Positions 34,401-47,677 of a stretch of 64,000 nt of DNA are shown here, one piece after another. Source of the DNA: Penicillus capitatus (lineage: Eukaryota > Plantae > Chlorophyta); NCBI GenBank assembly GCA_965649825.1, contig OZ287699.1:372001-436000 (forward strand), in the 5' to 3' direction. The translations under genes and the position numbers were made by a program. The first letter of the stretch is position 1; the number at the start of each line of letters is the position of its first letter. The notes below the pieces were generated by a model. The model was not told where the DNA came from, ran no database searches, and saw only the letters and a list, made by a program, of their open reading frames with translations.

Positions 34401-34884
34401 AACCGGAAGTAATAGAGCCGTAGCATGACCATCCAGGCGCACTGACCATCGGTCGCGTCGGATGTCGGCTCCCGAACTAACTTCCCCATAACGTTAGGTA
34501 TGTAGTTATCGGGCATACGCTAGAAGTTCACAGCTAATGGGTGCAAAGGTTAGGAAGTCCGTAACCGCACCGGATATTTAAGGCCGACAGTCTTCCTTGT
34601 AATACCTCGTGTTTATATCGTTAAGAATCTGATTGCGTTTCCGTCGTGTTGTCGTAGCTCGAAGTCGTCCCAAACGTTAACATAGAGTGCAAAAAAGAGG
34701 AACTGAAATTGAAACTGTTCTGGAAAGCATGAACCATTCTGGATCACAAACAAAGCAACCCGTTCTGTGCCGCCAATCTAAACTGCGCACCCATTCACAT
34801 CTTCACGTCTCATCAACCAGTTTAACAAATCTCATTCAGTCAATCCATTCCCGTCCTAGTCGAAAGAGGCGTAGAACTGGATCT

Positions 34885-37800
34885 ATGGCGTTGGAGATCA
34901 TTGGTTGTGTTCCGACGGGAAATGACGACTGTATCAGTGCACTGGCCTACAACCGCTTCCAAAAAGAACTCTTCAGCGTTCCACAAGGAGAGAAGAACAT
35001 TTATGTCCGAGAAAGAAAACTCCGCCGCTCTTTAACGAAAGAATCTGCGATTCCTAGACGTGGAGCGTTCTGTCCTGTCGACGAATGCGATGTCTGCGTG
35101 GGCATAAAGGATGCATTACGGGGTTAGTTTTCGACGATCCCACGCGCACTCTTTTTTCGATCGCCCTTGATGGACGGCTTCTTGTCTGGCACGATTACGA
35201 TACGCCAATTCATGTCTCACACTATCGCACCTTTCCCCTGCATTACTAACGATCGTGCTTAGGTGCTGGAGATCGGCGCGCCTTTGTTTTGCCTGGCATG
35301 GGATGCCGATACGCAAATTTTGGCGCTGGGCGGAAAGAAAGCCGTCTATCTATATCACGTCAACTACTCTTCTCCACCATACCGCTCTCCGACGGACGCG
35401 GCCATAGGCAAGAACGGATAAACTGAACGCCCTGGTACGCGAGGCAGCGCTTTCAGAAGTCAGTCAGAGTCCACCAGAGATCATAAATGCGACGAAGAAC
35501 AACTGTTCGGCGAACGCGATCGTTTTCGAAAAGCTATCGCCTCCTCTTGTCGGGCCAGAATTCTGCACGGCGGATGACGTTCAAAGCATCGCCATGCATT
35601 GCGGACGGGTCATTGCAGTCGGGTAATAATATCCATCCGACTTCTCTCACTTCCTGTCAGATGAGGATCGAACAGATACGACGGATGCCTCTGTCTTTAC
35701 GAAATCGAGAAACCCAGAGACACCTATCGGAAGATTCCAAAAACCCATGCCTCCGCCATATGCTCCCTGGACATCAATCCTCTCGATCATACGATTCTGC
35801 TTGGCGGCTACGACGGATCGCTGAGTTTCTGGAGCTTAGAGGGCAGGTCGGACCCCATTGCACAACACGCATGCATTACTGGTTTCGCTGTAGATGTACA
35901 GATCGCTTTCATGACGTGTCGGATGGCAAAGTTAGGATCACATATGTGCCTGTTCTCCATCAGTACTGGATCCTTGGCCGTGGCGGCCTGATCTCTGTTT
36001 TTGATCCGAATGGACCAACGGATATCACTCATGTCCTCTCCGATATCAGGAGGCATCCTAATGGACAAGCTCTGAAATTTTCTATGCTCTGTGCTCCGGC
36101 AAACAATGACATCGTGTTGGGAGCCACGTGTGACAGAAAAATCATTCTCTGGAACTACAGTCCATCGCGAGCATGCAGGCAGGTGTTGAGAGACAGCTTC
36201 GATTTTGAACGGTGTTTGCTGTAGGGTATTTCGAAACCCATCAGCAGCTTCTGTGGAATGTTTGATCTCGCTGCCGCAGTGTGACGAGATTGCGGGCCTC
36301 GCGAAGACGCATATCATGACGGGAGACGCATCTGGTCAGGTGTCCCGTTGGAAGTATGATGAGGAGAAGAGTTCAAACATTTTCCGTGCCGAGGTAAATA
36401 CGCATTTCATCTCAGCTCAGATGAACATCTCTTCCGCAGACTCTTCTTTCACTCGGCACCAGCATTGTCTGTTTGATCTCCCTCCCCGATCGCAAATGTT
36501 TAGCTGCTGGATGCGACAGCGGAAAGCTGATCTTATGGGAAGCAGACGACGTGGCATTGGTGCCGAGTTCCATGAGAACGACATGTCTGGATGGTCACAC
36601 GGAAAGGTTTGTTCTCAGATCTGCTCCTCGGCTGTCATCGCGCGATTAGTGTTTCGGCATTGAGCGCTCTTGGCGAAAAATGGCTCATCAGTGGATCCTA
36701 TGATCGGAAGATGTGTGTCTGGAACTTGGACAACACACAGTTGGCATCGGTAAGTCGCTTTGGTCGACCGCTTCATATGTGCGTTGGAATGGCAGGTGGT
36801 GGAAAAGGCTCACAGCGCTCCTATACAGTGCATCGAAGGCGTCGACGCGTCCTCTGTGTTCGCATCCTGTGCGATGCATCACTTGGTCAAGATCTGGACA
36901 GTCGATACAGCCGGAAAACTGAAACTGTTGAGAATCCTAAACCACAAAATCCGCGAACTCAACGAAACCGAGTGGCACGATCGAGCATCGGCTCCGACAG
37001 TAATCCACTCGAATCCAGCCGTCTTCCTCAATAAAAGGAATGCATGCAGATTGCGACTCGGACGACAATGGACGGCACTATCGGTTTCGATAAGCATCCG
37101 TCGCTGGATGGCAATGAACTTCTGCAGCAAGTCATGGAACAGGCCGATGTCGATGCCCCTGAAGTGACACAAGTGAGACACGTACCGTTTCCCTCTTCTA
37201 TCAAATAACCGGTGCCAAGGTGCGCTGGGTTGGGTACCTTGACAAATGGATCACAGCCGCGAACGATGAAGTTGTGCGTCTGTGGGACGAGAATGGAACA
37301 CTGGCGCACAGTTTCAAATACAAAGGCGGTTCCGTGCAGTGCCTCTATGTAGACAACTGCAATCAGCGCGTTCTGATGTCGATGCTGGATCTGACTATCT
37401 CTCTCTTCGATCTTGAACATCCGCTTCCTGTCACCACGTATGATGCATCATCGTATTGCTGACAAACGCGTTCACCCGTTGAATCTGCACTTGCAGATTC
37501 CGAGGCCATAAAGACGTCGTCTGCAGCATTGTGTATATCCGTGAGAGAGATGTCTATATGACTGGATCGTGGGATGGATCCTTGAGATTATGGAAATACC
37601 CGCGCCAAGACAGCACCATCCAGAAAAGCACTGGGCAGCTCTGTCACTCGACGCAACGACCGTCTTCAAAATCGACAGACAATGCGGAAGAGATATCTCA
37701 ACACCCTGCTTTTCTCAATACCGTCGTTTTTGCGTGTCAGCTGTGTGCGTCCCATCTCTGTCGTCTTTAGGATTATGATCAGCTGTGGAAGACGCTGGAT

Positions 37801-38034
37801 TTGATGGAGGAGTACGAAGAAAAGCACACGGCGGAATGGCAGATGGAAGAGCGTCGACTGCTGCCAGCGACACGTCCTTTGCCAGAAGCGCCGACTCGAC
37901 TCGAAGCATTGCTTGATGATGCAAACCGTCAAACGCTTATGCAGTTGCGCGGAGACTCGCAGACGACGCGACAAAGGAGCTCCTTGCGCAAAGGCCATTC
38001 ATTTCGCCGTCTTCCCTCGCGCCGCCGAGCATGA
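34885..38034 (+). CDS. WD40-repeat protein (probably two propellers), many introns
   Basis: Repeated WD motifs: ISALAYN, LDGRLLVW, GATCDRKIILW, SGSYDRKMCVW, TAANDEVVRLWD, TGSWDGSLRLWK. Confidence 0.8.
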
Positions 38035-38481
38035 GATCTGTACGCAAACGGTTTTGTACAGCATCTGTTGCGCAAGACAACGTCTTCATCTTCTGGAATC
38101 GGGTTCTCCGGTACTTAAAAGGAGAGAACTGTGATCGAAGGAGTATGATGTGACAGTTGCATTGTGACTTTCTGAGTTTCTGTTGACGATAACGGCGACG
38201 TTCTCTACGAATTCTCTCTGATCCCTCAACGCAGCTTCCGCCGTAGTGACAAGACGTTTCGGGCAAGGATACTGTTTCGCCGAAAATCTCCCTCGGAACA
38301 TGCAGATCGCCATGGCGGCGCAAACGGCGTCGATAAATCGATTGGTGAAGCGGCGGAAGAAGTTTTGAAGGATCAGCGCTCGCGTGTAGAGACTCTGTAC
38401 CTTCGACGTGACTCCTATCAAAACTGAAGGCGCCCCTTTCGCGACAAGACGTACTCAGCGGGCAAAATCGCTTTTAATGCG

Positions 38482-39388
38482 TCAGTTGTCGCTGTCAGTA
38501 TCTTCAGACAACTCGATCATATCTTCCGACTCCTCTTCTCCCTTGGCGTCAATTTCATCCTTTTCCTCTTCTGCCGTTTTGCTAAACAGCGGCACCATCC
38601 ATAGAGAACCATCGATCGTCGCTATCGACACCTACGTTTCCTGTTTCTTCCATGCCTCATCCAATTCGTCACTCAATTTCAGAGGCGGGTAGGTGTAGTC
38701 AATTCCCGCATTTCGAATTCTCTCCGCCAGAAGCGCATCGCTGACGACCATATCGTGACAGCGCTTGACGTACTCCTCATACGACGTGAAGGTCGGTTGC
38801 TGTGCCTTGCGTTTACGAGTGTCGAGTCGTCGATCCTTCTCCTCCACAAATCCTTCTTCCCCTCTAACCCTCACCGCCTTCGCCGCATCGTTTTTGCTAA
38901 AGAGATGCGGTCGCGTTTTGAACCATTCCGCCGTTTTCGCTTGGCATCTCAGCATCTGCCCGAACATCGTATACCGATCCATGCTCTCGCCAGCGATGGC
39001 GGCCACTTCTGGCACTTCGAACTTGACGTATCCAATCCCACACGATAGCTTCGATGCTCGACTTCGTTTTACTTTCACACACTCCACTGTGCCAAACTGA
39101 GAAAAGTACCCTGTGCAAGATGCCCTTCCACTAAGGCTTCTTCAGCGATGTGACGTCTCACCGAGCAGTTGCTGTTCGAAGAATCCGTGCGGTAAGTTCC
39201 TAGACAGCGACCATCAAAGAGCCCTTCTCTCTGTGATCCGGGAAAAGCACTTTATGACTAGGACGCCCGATTCCTCCGCCATCTCTGTCGAAAACGAAAC
39301 CGCGATGATATGATGACGAGATCTGTAGCAAATCGGTCACATCGTTGTCATCCCTGTCATCGACATCTTCCATTGTCTTCTTTATCAT
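38482..39388 (-). CDS. NIFK: Nucleolar RRM protein, NIFK/Nop15-like; start approximate
   Basis: NLPHGFFEQQL/GYFSQFGTV..VKRSRASKLSCGIGYVKFEVPEVAAIAGESMDRYTMFGQMLRC and GIDYTYP, then an acidic tail ending in TGA at 38482. Confidence 0.85.
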
Positions 39389-39423
39389 CGAGGCGGCAAT
39401 CTTCCCTCAACACGCGAGCAACC

Positions 39424-42400
39424 ATGAGCTCGGAACACAAAAGCGATGACCTGTCGTTTATGGAATTCGGCACGGCTGACGATTGTTCCAATTTCGACTT
39501 CAGTCAAGTGCCGAACACATTTCCGCCAAGGTTTCCGAGAGCAAACGCCTTTGCTTGCAGAGCTTGACGTGGGAAGATTCGGAGAGTCATGTACCGTCCC
39601 TCTCGCAACGCTCCGTAAGACGCATGCTCGTCGTTTGAGTGGAAGACGTAATATCTATTCAGGCAACGGGAAGCGCCATGGACTCCACAGACCTTGCTGC
39701 AGATCTAGCTGACGTCCGCCCCCTTTTCTCCCCTGCCCTCACATGCTGACTCCTGTGAGCCACAGATGCAATTCCAAGATGCGTTTCATGAGGAGGAGGA
39801 GTCTGATGAAGAAGTCGCTGAATGGGCATGCGCGTAAGGGCATCCAATTCTGATGTGACAGATAGATTAAGAGATGTGCATGTAGGTACTGTGGCATTCA
39901 GAATCCATCCTGTGTCGTCAAGTGCATCAACACAGGGAAATGGTTCTGCAATTCGCGCATTTCTGGACTGGCCGGGTCATGTGCTGTGGTCCATTTGGTC
40001 AAATCGAAGCATAAGGAGGTGCAACTCCATAAAGACTCACCTCTGGCCGACACCATTCTTGAATGCTATGCCACGGGTCTGGCACAAGAGGCAGAGCAAA
40101 GGGTGTGACCAAGGGAGCGTGCGTGCGTTTTAGGTATTCGGAATGTCTTTGCTTTGGGATTCGTGCCAGTCAAATCAGAGAATACCGTTGTTCTGCTCTC
40201 ACGCGAAGTGCAGTCAGGACTCCCGGCATTGAAGGATCTCGATTTGGATCTCAGTCTGTGGCAGCCGATTATCGAAGAACGTGCTTTTGTGCCATGGCTT
40301 GTCCGCGAGCCTTCCGAACAGGAAGCGCTCAGAGCACGCCAGATCACGATTCAACAAATCAACAGGTATCGCTTCCGTAGCAGGGAGCCAAAAAACAGAG
40401 CAGCGTTCTGCGGTCTAGACTGGAAGAGATGTGGAAGAGTGACCCCAGTGCTAACGTAGAAGAGCTTTACCTTCCAAACATGGACGAAGAGGCAACACCT
40501 GTGGCACTGAAGTATGAAGATGCAGACGAGTACCAGGCAAGATGCCGATGCAGATCAGTCCTGTGCAAAACAGAGATGCCGTGTGCAGAATGTATTCTAT
40601 CCCTTGATTCAAACAGAAGCAGATCACGACAAAGCCGTCAAAGAATCACAGAGCCGAGATAACATCACTGTCCGTTGGGACATTGGACTCAACAAAAAAC
40701 ACTTGGCCTACTTCTACTTCTCCAAGGTTAGCAAACTTGCATGGAATACAAGGATCTATGCTCTCGCTATCCACAGGACTCGACGGAACTGAGATTGATG
40801 CCGGGAGATGAGCTACGTTTGAAGCATCCATGTCCCAACGGCAATGCGCCGTGGGAGAGTACAGGGAGCGTTATTCGTTTGGATCCCTCCGAAGAGGTCT
40901 GCCTCGAACTGAGAGCCACCGTAAGTCACCCAAAATCGTACGTTTCTACATTCGAGTGGACGCTACAGCACGTTCCCAATGACGTGAAAGTGGGATTCTT
41001 GGTGGAGTATGTATGGAAGGCGACATCTTTCGATCGAATGAAGACGGCGTTGAAGACCTTTGCAAAGGACGAGACGTCTGTAAGTGGCTATCTCTATCAC
41101 AAGCTCTTGGGCCACGAATTGGCACCTCAAACACTCAAGGTCCCGCTTCCCTCTTCGGGATACTCTGTCAATGGTCTGCCTGCATTGAACGATTCGCAAG
41201 TCAATGCCGTCAAGAGTGTGATACAACAACCGCTGAGTCTTATTCAAGGACCGCCAGGAACTGGCAAGACCGTGACGACGGCAGCTATTGTCTATCATCT
41301 GTCGACGCTCTGTCATAGTCAAGTACTCGTTGCAGCCCCCAGCAACGTCGCTGTCGATCAACTGGCTGGCAAGATCAGCGCTACTGGACTAAAGGTGTGT
41401 GCTGTCTGAATGGCAGCGAGATCGCACTCTGTGCTGCAGGTGGTGCGTATCTGTGCAAAATCCCGCGAGGCTTTAGGTTCTCCCGTCGAGCATCTCACCC
41501 TACACTACCAAGTCAACAATTTAAGAATTCCTGGAAAGAAAGACTTCCAGAAACTCCAGCAGCTAAAGAACGAGAAAGGCGAACTGGATGACGAGGATGA
41601 GAAGAAGTACAAGCAGTTGAGACGGGCCTACGAAAGAGAGATCCTACAGAACGCAGATGTCGTATGCTGTACCTGCGTCGGTGCCGGAGATCACCGTGTC
41701 GCCACTTTCCGATTCAAACAAGTGATGGATGACGTTCAGAAGCCTCCCTGCTCATGTCTGTCGTATCAGGTATTGATTGACGAGGCAACACAGGCGACGG
41801 AACCGGAGTGTCTGATTCCGATGGTCATGGGCGTGAAACAAGTGGTTCTGGTTGGCGATCATTGCCAGTTGGGTCCAGTTATTATGCACAAAGCTGTTGC
41901 CAAGGCTGGCCTGTCGCAATCGCTGTTCGAGCGACTGATGCTTCTGGGGATCAAACCCATTCGTCTGCAAGTGCAGTATCGCATGCATCCGTGTCTATCA
42001 GAATTTCCGTCCGATACCTTCTATGAAGGCTCCTTACAGAACGGCATCATGGAGGCGTCCAGAATCTCCCCGGGTGTTCATTTTCCCTGGCCGGTGCCGG
42101 AGAAACCGATGATGTTCTACGTCCAGCTGGGATCCGAAGAAATCAGTGCCAGTGGAACGTCTTACCTCAACAGAACCGAAGCCATCAGCGTCGAGAAAGT
42201 CATTTCCACGTTCCTTCAAGGAGGCGTCATGCCAAAACAGGTCCATCCCTCTATTCTCTCTCTATGTGTGACTATTCTGTGTAGATTGGCGTGATCACGC
42301 CTTACGAAGGGCAGAGGGCTTACATCATGAGCGTCATCCAGAGACTGGGCACTCAGAATCAGCATCTCTATCGTGAGCTCGAGGTGGCCAGTGTCGACTC

Positions 42401-43188
42401 CTTTCAAGGAAGAGAAAAGGATTTCATTATTCTGTCCTGTGTGCGTTCGAACGAACGTCAGGGGATTGGATTTCTGAGCGATGCCAAGCGATTGAACGTT
42501 GCGTTGACCCGCTGCCGTTATGGCCTGGTCATCTTAGGCAATCCCAAAGTGCTGTCGCGCGATCCCCTGTGGAACAAACTTCTGGTGCATTTCAAAGAAA
42601 GAGGCTGCCTCGTGGAAGGCTCCATACGCAACCTGAAGCAGAGCCTGGTTCAGTTAAGCAAGCCAGCCAAGGCATTCAACCGAGGACGTTTTGGATTGGG
42701 TGGTGCTTTCACTGTCAATTTCCGTCCAACGCCCATCGTCGCCCACGTGGAAGAGGCTCTGCAGAAGAGCGCCCAGCAAAGTGCAGAATCGACAGCCATC
42801 AGCGAATCTTCGACAAACGGTGTGGTGAACGGGCACGCCACTGGACATGTCTTGCCACCGCAGCCGTCACCCTATGCCATCCCTGAACCGGTGAAGAAAG
42901 ATGCTTCCGTCAAGCACAAGGCAAGCATCTCTCCACCAACGACCGCCAACGACAGCCATGCCTGTTTCTGTTGTACAGCGAGGTACGAGTGGACAGCATT
43001 CGGCCTCCGGTGCCTCGGCATCGCAGAATCTGTTCTCTGAGATGAACACGCAGGCGTCTTTCGATTTTCTGGACGATCTAGCCACACAGGATCAGCAGTT
43101 TTCTCAGTGTCAGAGTGACGCGTGTTATGACGCTTCTCAGAGCTTTGCCGTGGAAGATGGATTGAAAAGCCGAAAAGGAGATCCGTGA
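39424..43188 (+). CDS. UPF1: Regulator of nonsense transcripts 1 (SF1 RNA helicase)
   Basis: CH domain [89 protein letters not shown]. Confidence 0.98.
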
Positions 43189-43852
43189 TATCGGCACGAG
43201 AAAACGGACCGAGCTCCAGAGAAGCCTCGAGATCAACCTCCACAGGAACTCAAAAAGAAGGTGACGCCATCCAGCTTGATTGTCTGATGTGTACGTGGCA
43301 TGAAATGGCTTCTCTCTTGGCAAGACGCCTCGACGATGACTTCCGACCGATCCACATTCAGAGCACTCTATTTGATTATTCTGCCTGTGCATTTTTTCTT
43401 CTTTTGGACAAAGATCCGTCTGTCCGTGTCTGTCCATCTGACTGTCTGTCTATCCATTTCTATGTCTCCAATGATTTGCATTTGGATTCTTAGCAGGTAA
43501 CCGTCGATGTGACGGATGTGACGGATGCACTGACTGTTCTTTTGTTGGATAGGGGCGAGGCGAAGACATTTGGGAGAACATCCTGTAGGGGATGCGTGGT
43601 TGGTTGTCTGTACATTCTATGTTGTTTGGTGGACGTTGGACGACGGATGGAGACATTAGTAAAATTCGCTCCTCATAAAAATGTGTCTTCTCTTTGCTGT
43701 GTGTCGTGGCCGGCAATCATCCGATAATAATATCTTCAAAAATCACACAGAGATAGAACCCAACGAAAGCAAGAGTGAATCTCAGATAATAACGAGCTGC
43801 CACGGAATGCAGCCCAGAGAGAAAAATCTGCGCGTGCGCTTGCAAAGAACAC

Positions 43853-44582
43853 TCAGACGGATCTGGCGCCGACATCCTTGACGTAGTCCTCGACTTCCTT
43901 AGGTCTGAACACCAAGAATCCAGCAATTTGCACCTACAAACACCAATACCATGACATGGATCATTGAAGAGTAATGTGACAGACCTGTCTGACAGCGTCA
44001 AAGGCGGCCAGACGAATATAGTAGCCAGGGAAAGTCTTCTGGCATTTTTCGATCTCGGCGAGCACGTCAGTTGAGTCCTTGCAACCAAACATAGGCAGCT
44101 TCCACATGGTCCAGTATCGGTTGTCGACGTAGTTCTTTACAAGACGCCGTCAATGCGTGCAACGTCGTGAGGAAGAGAGACGTACCGAAGACACTGGGCC
44201 GAATCGCACGTTCGCATTGGATTCGACGTAGGCGAGCTCAGGGCTTGCGAACTCGAGGCAAGGCGTCCATCCGTTTCTGACCATGTAGTCGACCTGCTTT
44301 CCGATCTGTTCGTTTGTAAGAGGCGGCAGGTAAGACAAGGTCTCGAAGTATCTGAAGGGAAACGAAACGTCGGATCATCGGATCGCGTTTGCGGCGGCGG
44401 CGAATGTACTTGTTGTTTGTTGGCGTCCACGTTCTCAATTGACGCACTTTGCAGCCGTTGGAGACGGTGCGTGCGAAGAATGCGTTCTTGGGCTGCGAGG
44501 CGGGTTTCAGCGACGACGGAGATGGTGCCGCTTTGCTGGTCATGGGCGTGAGAACCTTCGTCGTCGTGAAAACCGTCGCCAT
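43853..44582 (-). CDS. RBCS: RuBisCO small subunit with transit peptide, about 4 exons
   Basis: Transit peptide, then [65 protein letters not shown]; TGA at 43853. Confidence 0.98.
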
Positions 44583-44716
44583 CGTGAACGTTGCTGGAAT
44601 AGAAACGGAGCGATAAGCGATAAAGCGAGAAACCGGAGGCTGAGAATGAAAACCCTTGACTGCCACGCAGATTAAATGCAGATCTCGACGCAGTTGATAC
44701 GACGTCGTCCCATCAA

Positions 44717-46127
44717 TCAATTCACCGTCAAGAATGCTGCACGCACCAATCGTCCTCTCACAAGACTTCTTAGAAAAGCAATCGATTCTGGCACGGTATC
44801 TTCTCCCCCAACCCCATCGGTATGGTATTGAGCAACAGGTCCTGACACGGGAGGGAGATCCAGAGGTAGAGCGCTCAAGATGCTGGGCGGTACCTGAGGG
44901 GCCATCGCCATGTTCATGTGGCTTCGTTGCTAGACGCATCTTTTCATCGGCATCCACTTCCTGAGTGCTATCCTCCTTTATGGCCACACAGACGCGGTCG
45001 ATATCGTTGGCGATTTGGAGCGTCTGCCGTGAAGGTTTTCGAATGGGCTCGGGGACATTCTCTGTCCAGGAACGCTCGAGGCGCTTCTCGAGCGACGCGG
45101 TGCTCTTGTAAGACACGTTCTCCTCAACGTTGCCCCTTTTGGACGGTTTCGATGGAAGCAATGCTCCGTCACGAAGACGGGGACAGTGGAGAGACGACGT
45201 CACACGTGCAAAAGCATCGATGAGGGGCGTCTTCACGGACAGAGGATCCTCCAACCAACGACGCGTCTGCGGATCACGCCAAAAACGCAGCTTCTCCCGC
45301 CGATCCTGCGTTCGACCTGACGTCTTCTCTCGAGCGATGACGCGTTCCTCTGTGCGTCTAGCGAGATACGCCTCCTTCGTGGCCTCCCTTTCCTCAAGCT
45401 CCTTGGTAAAACGCGCCATCTTCGCCGCCTGTCGTTTCTTAAGCTTCTCCTCTTTCGCCATCCATTTCCAACGCTCTCTTAACTCGATTCTCTCCAGGTC
45501 TGAGAGGTCCGTTCCCTCACGCGCGAGCCGTTCTTCGATGTCCTCTTCCTCACGAATCTCCTCGAGACATGTCCTCTCTTGATCCTTTGCACGGATGCCT
45601 CGCAGACGGAGAAGCGTCGGATGCGCGTGCTTCGTCTTTGACAGTCGATATTCCGGTTCGTAAGGCTCTGTCTGCACCGACGTCTCTCTATAATCCGTCT
45701 GCACTCCGACAGTACAATGTCGCTTGCCGTCCACGACGTCCTCTTTCTCTGCAGCAAACAACTATCGCTCTTCAGTCGGTCAAAGGCGCAAGACCTGTTG
45801 GAGTGGGGAGGTCCGTCCGCAGAGACGGTTTGGAGGAAAGAACAGTAAAGAACTGCGTCCAGCGGCGGCTCAAGATCGTCGGATCTTCTGAACGGCATCG
45901 CCTCTTCGAATGGAAACTCCGGTCGATGTGCGATGGCACATGAAGGGCCGCGCGAATCCTAAACGCGCAATTCGACGCCGACCACCCACCGACAAAGAAA
46001 TCCCTTTCCTCGGTCGAGAGGCCGGATGGTGTACAAGCTCGGAGAAATAATTCTTAAATTCGGGCGCCTTCTCCACGCGCCATCCAGCTCGGCACTGTTC
46101 GCGAATGTGATCCTTCGCGCTCGACAA
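44717..46127 (-). CDS. CFAP91: Flagellar protein CFAP91 (MAATS1)-like, short C-terminus
   Basis: FKNYFSELVHHP, TVGVQTDYRETSVQTEPYEPEY, a coiled coil, and IQ-like IAFLRSLVRGR before the stop at 44717. Confidence 0.72.
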
Positions 46128-46410
46128 GAGAAATCCGTTATCTAATGCGCCGTGGCCATAGCGTCACCCACCCCAACATCGACCCTCCTTACCGTAGAAA
46201 ACATCGAGCAAGCGATGTGGTGGCATCACGTCAGCGAATGGCGGATGTACGTGTCACATCGTCGTTATCCGTACCACGTGTCTTATTGACCGTAGGCAGC
46301 GAGCGTCATCTCACGTCCTCTTTTCTGAATGCGTCCCGTCGATCGCTCCAAATCGCCTTTACAGGAAGCATCGCCCGAACGCGTCGATATCATATCAGCC
46401 AGCGTTCAGG

Positions 46411-47677
46411 ATGTCACGCAACAAGAAGCCTTGGAAGAGCGGGACAGTCGTCGACTGCTTCGACGACATTGATGTTTGTGGGTCTCCTCACTCTTTCCGA
46501 ATTTTATTTATTCTTCTGCACCTGAAGGCGTTGTCACTTTCTGTTTGCCTTGCCTTGTCTTCTCGGAGAACAGGAGCAGTAAGACGGTTGTGTATTGCCT
46601 TGCTGTCTATGGCAGGCCGTCTGTGATGCTGTGTAGCTCTTCATGGTGGAGCAGGAAATGTGAACGATGAAGGAATTGACCCGTGTCTCATATACTGCCT
46701 CATCATGTCTGTCAGCGCCTGTACGTTGCAGTGCCTTTACGCCTATTCCACTCGAACAGACATTCGCCGCAAATACAATTTAGAAGTGCCTAAACTGGTC
46801 ACTCTTTGTCCTCACACACAGTTACCTGTAGGAGGAACCGTGCGATGACTGTATGACGCATATCTGGTAAGCGATTGCAGCATGGAGATCTGTTTCGTTG
46901 GAGATGGACGTGTGTCACAGTTGCCATTGTTGCGCACTGTGCCAGGAGCACAGGGAATTGAGAATGTATCCGTTGACGACGTGGCCGTTGCCGGCAATTC
47001 AGGACACGGATTCGCCGCAGCAGACACCCAATGCACGCTATCAAATACCTCATACACGATATCAGACACCCACAGCATCCTATCAGACATCCAATACGTC
47101 GCATCAGACAGGCGATCCGGGATATATGCCGACCAATGCATTGCGTCCGACACCAGGTATGTCCGAAAATGTGTGGAATCGACCACCAAGAAAGCAGCGA
47201 CCGTGGCCGCAGTCGAGTCCGTACGTGCCATACGGTGGTCCAATGCCAGCGTATGGCGGCTATCCTGCGTCCTCTGTGTCCAGTATTGGGAGTTCCAGTA
47301 TACCTTACCCGTATGCCAATTATCCTCAACCGTATCCGGGGGGATCCCTTCCCTATGTGGTGCAAGGAGGCTTATCTCCGTTGAATACCTTCCCCGCAGC
47401 GCCACCCAACCCGGGACCGATGCAGCCGCTTGTGTTCGAGCCGCCGCGACCGGGAGATCCGTTCAATGGCGGCCTTCGTGCAGGCATTCCTGCAGAGGTT
47501 TATCATGTACCCAAGCTGCCGGACATACCTCAAGGACCGTTGCAGCCACTCACTCGATCCGAACCGCCTCACGGATCATCATCGCAGCCGCATATCAATC
47601 GATCCGAACCGCCTCAAGGATCATCATCACAGCCCCATCGCGATCGATCGGAAATCCAAGAGTCTCCTCGATCTTAA
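46411..47677 (+). CDS. PLAC8-family Cys-rich membrane protein with a long Pro/Tyr-rich tail
   Basis: KPWKSG..DCFDDIDVC, TFCLPCLVF, RTDIRRKYNLE, CHSCHCCALCQEHREL. Confidence 0.85.
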
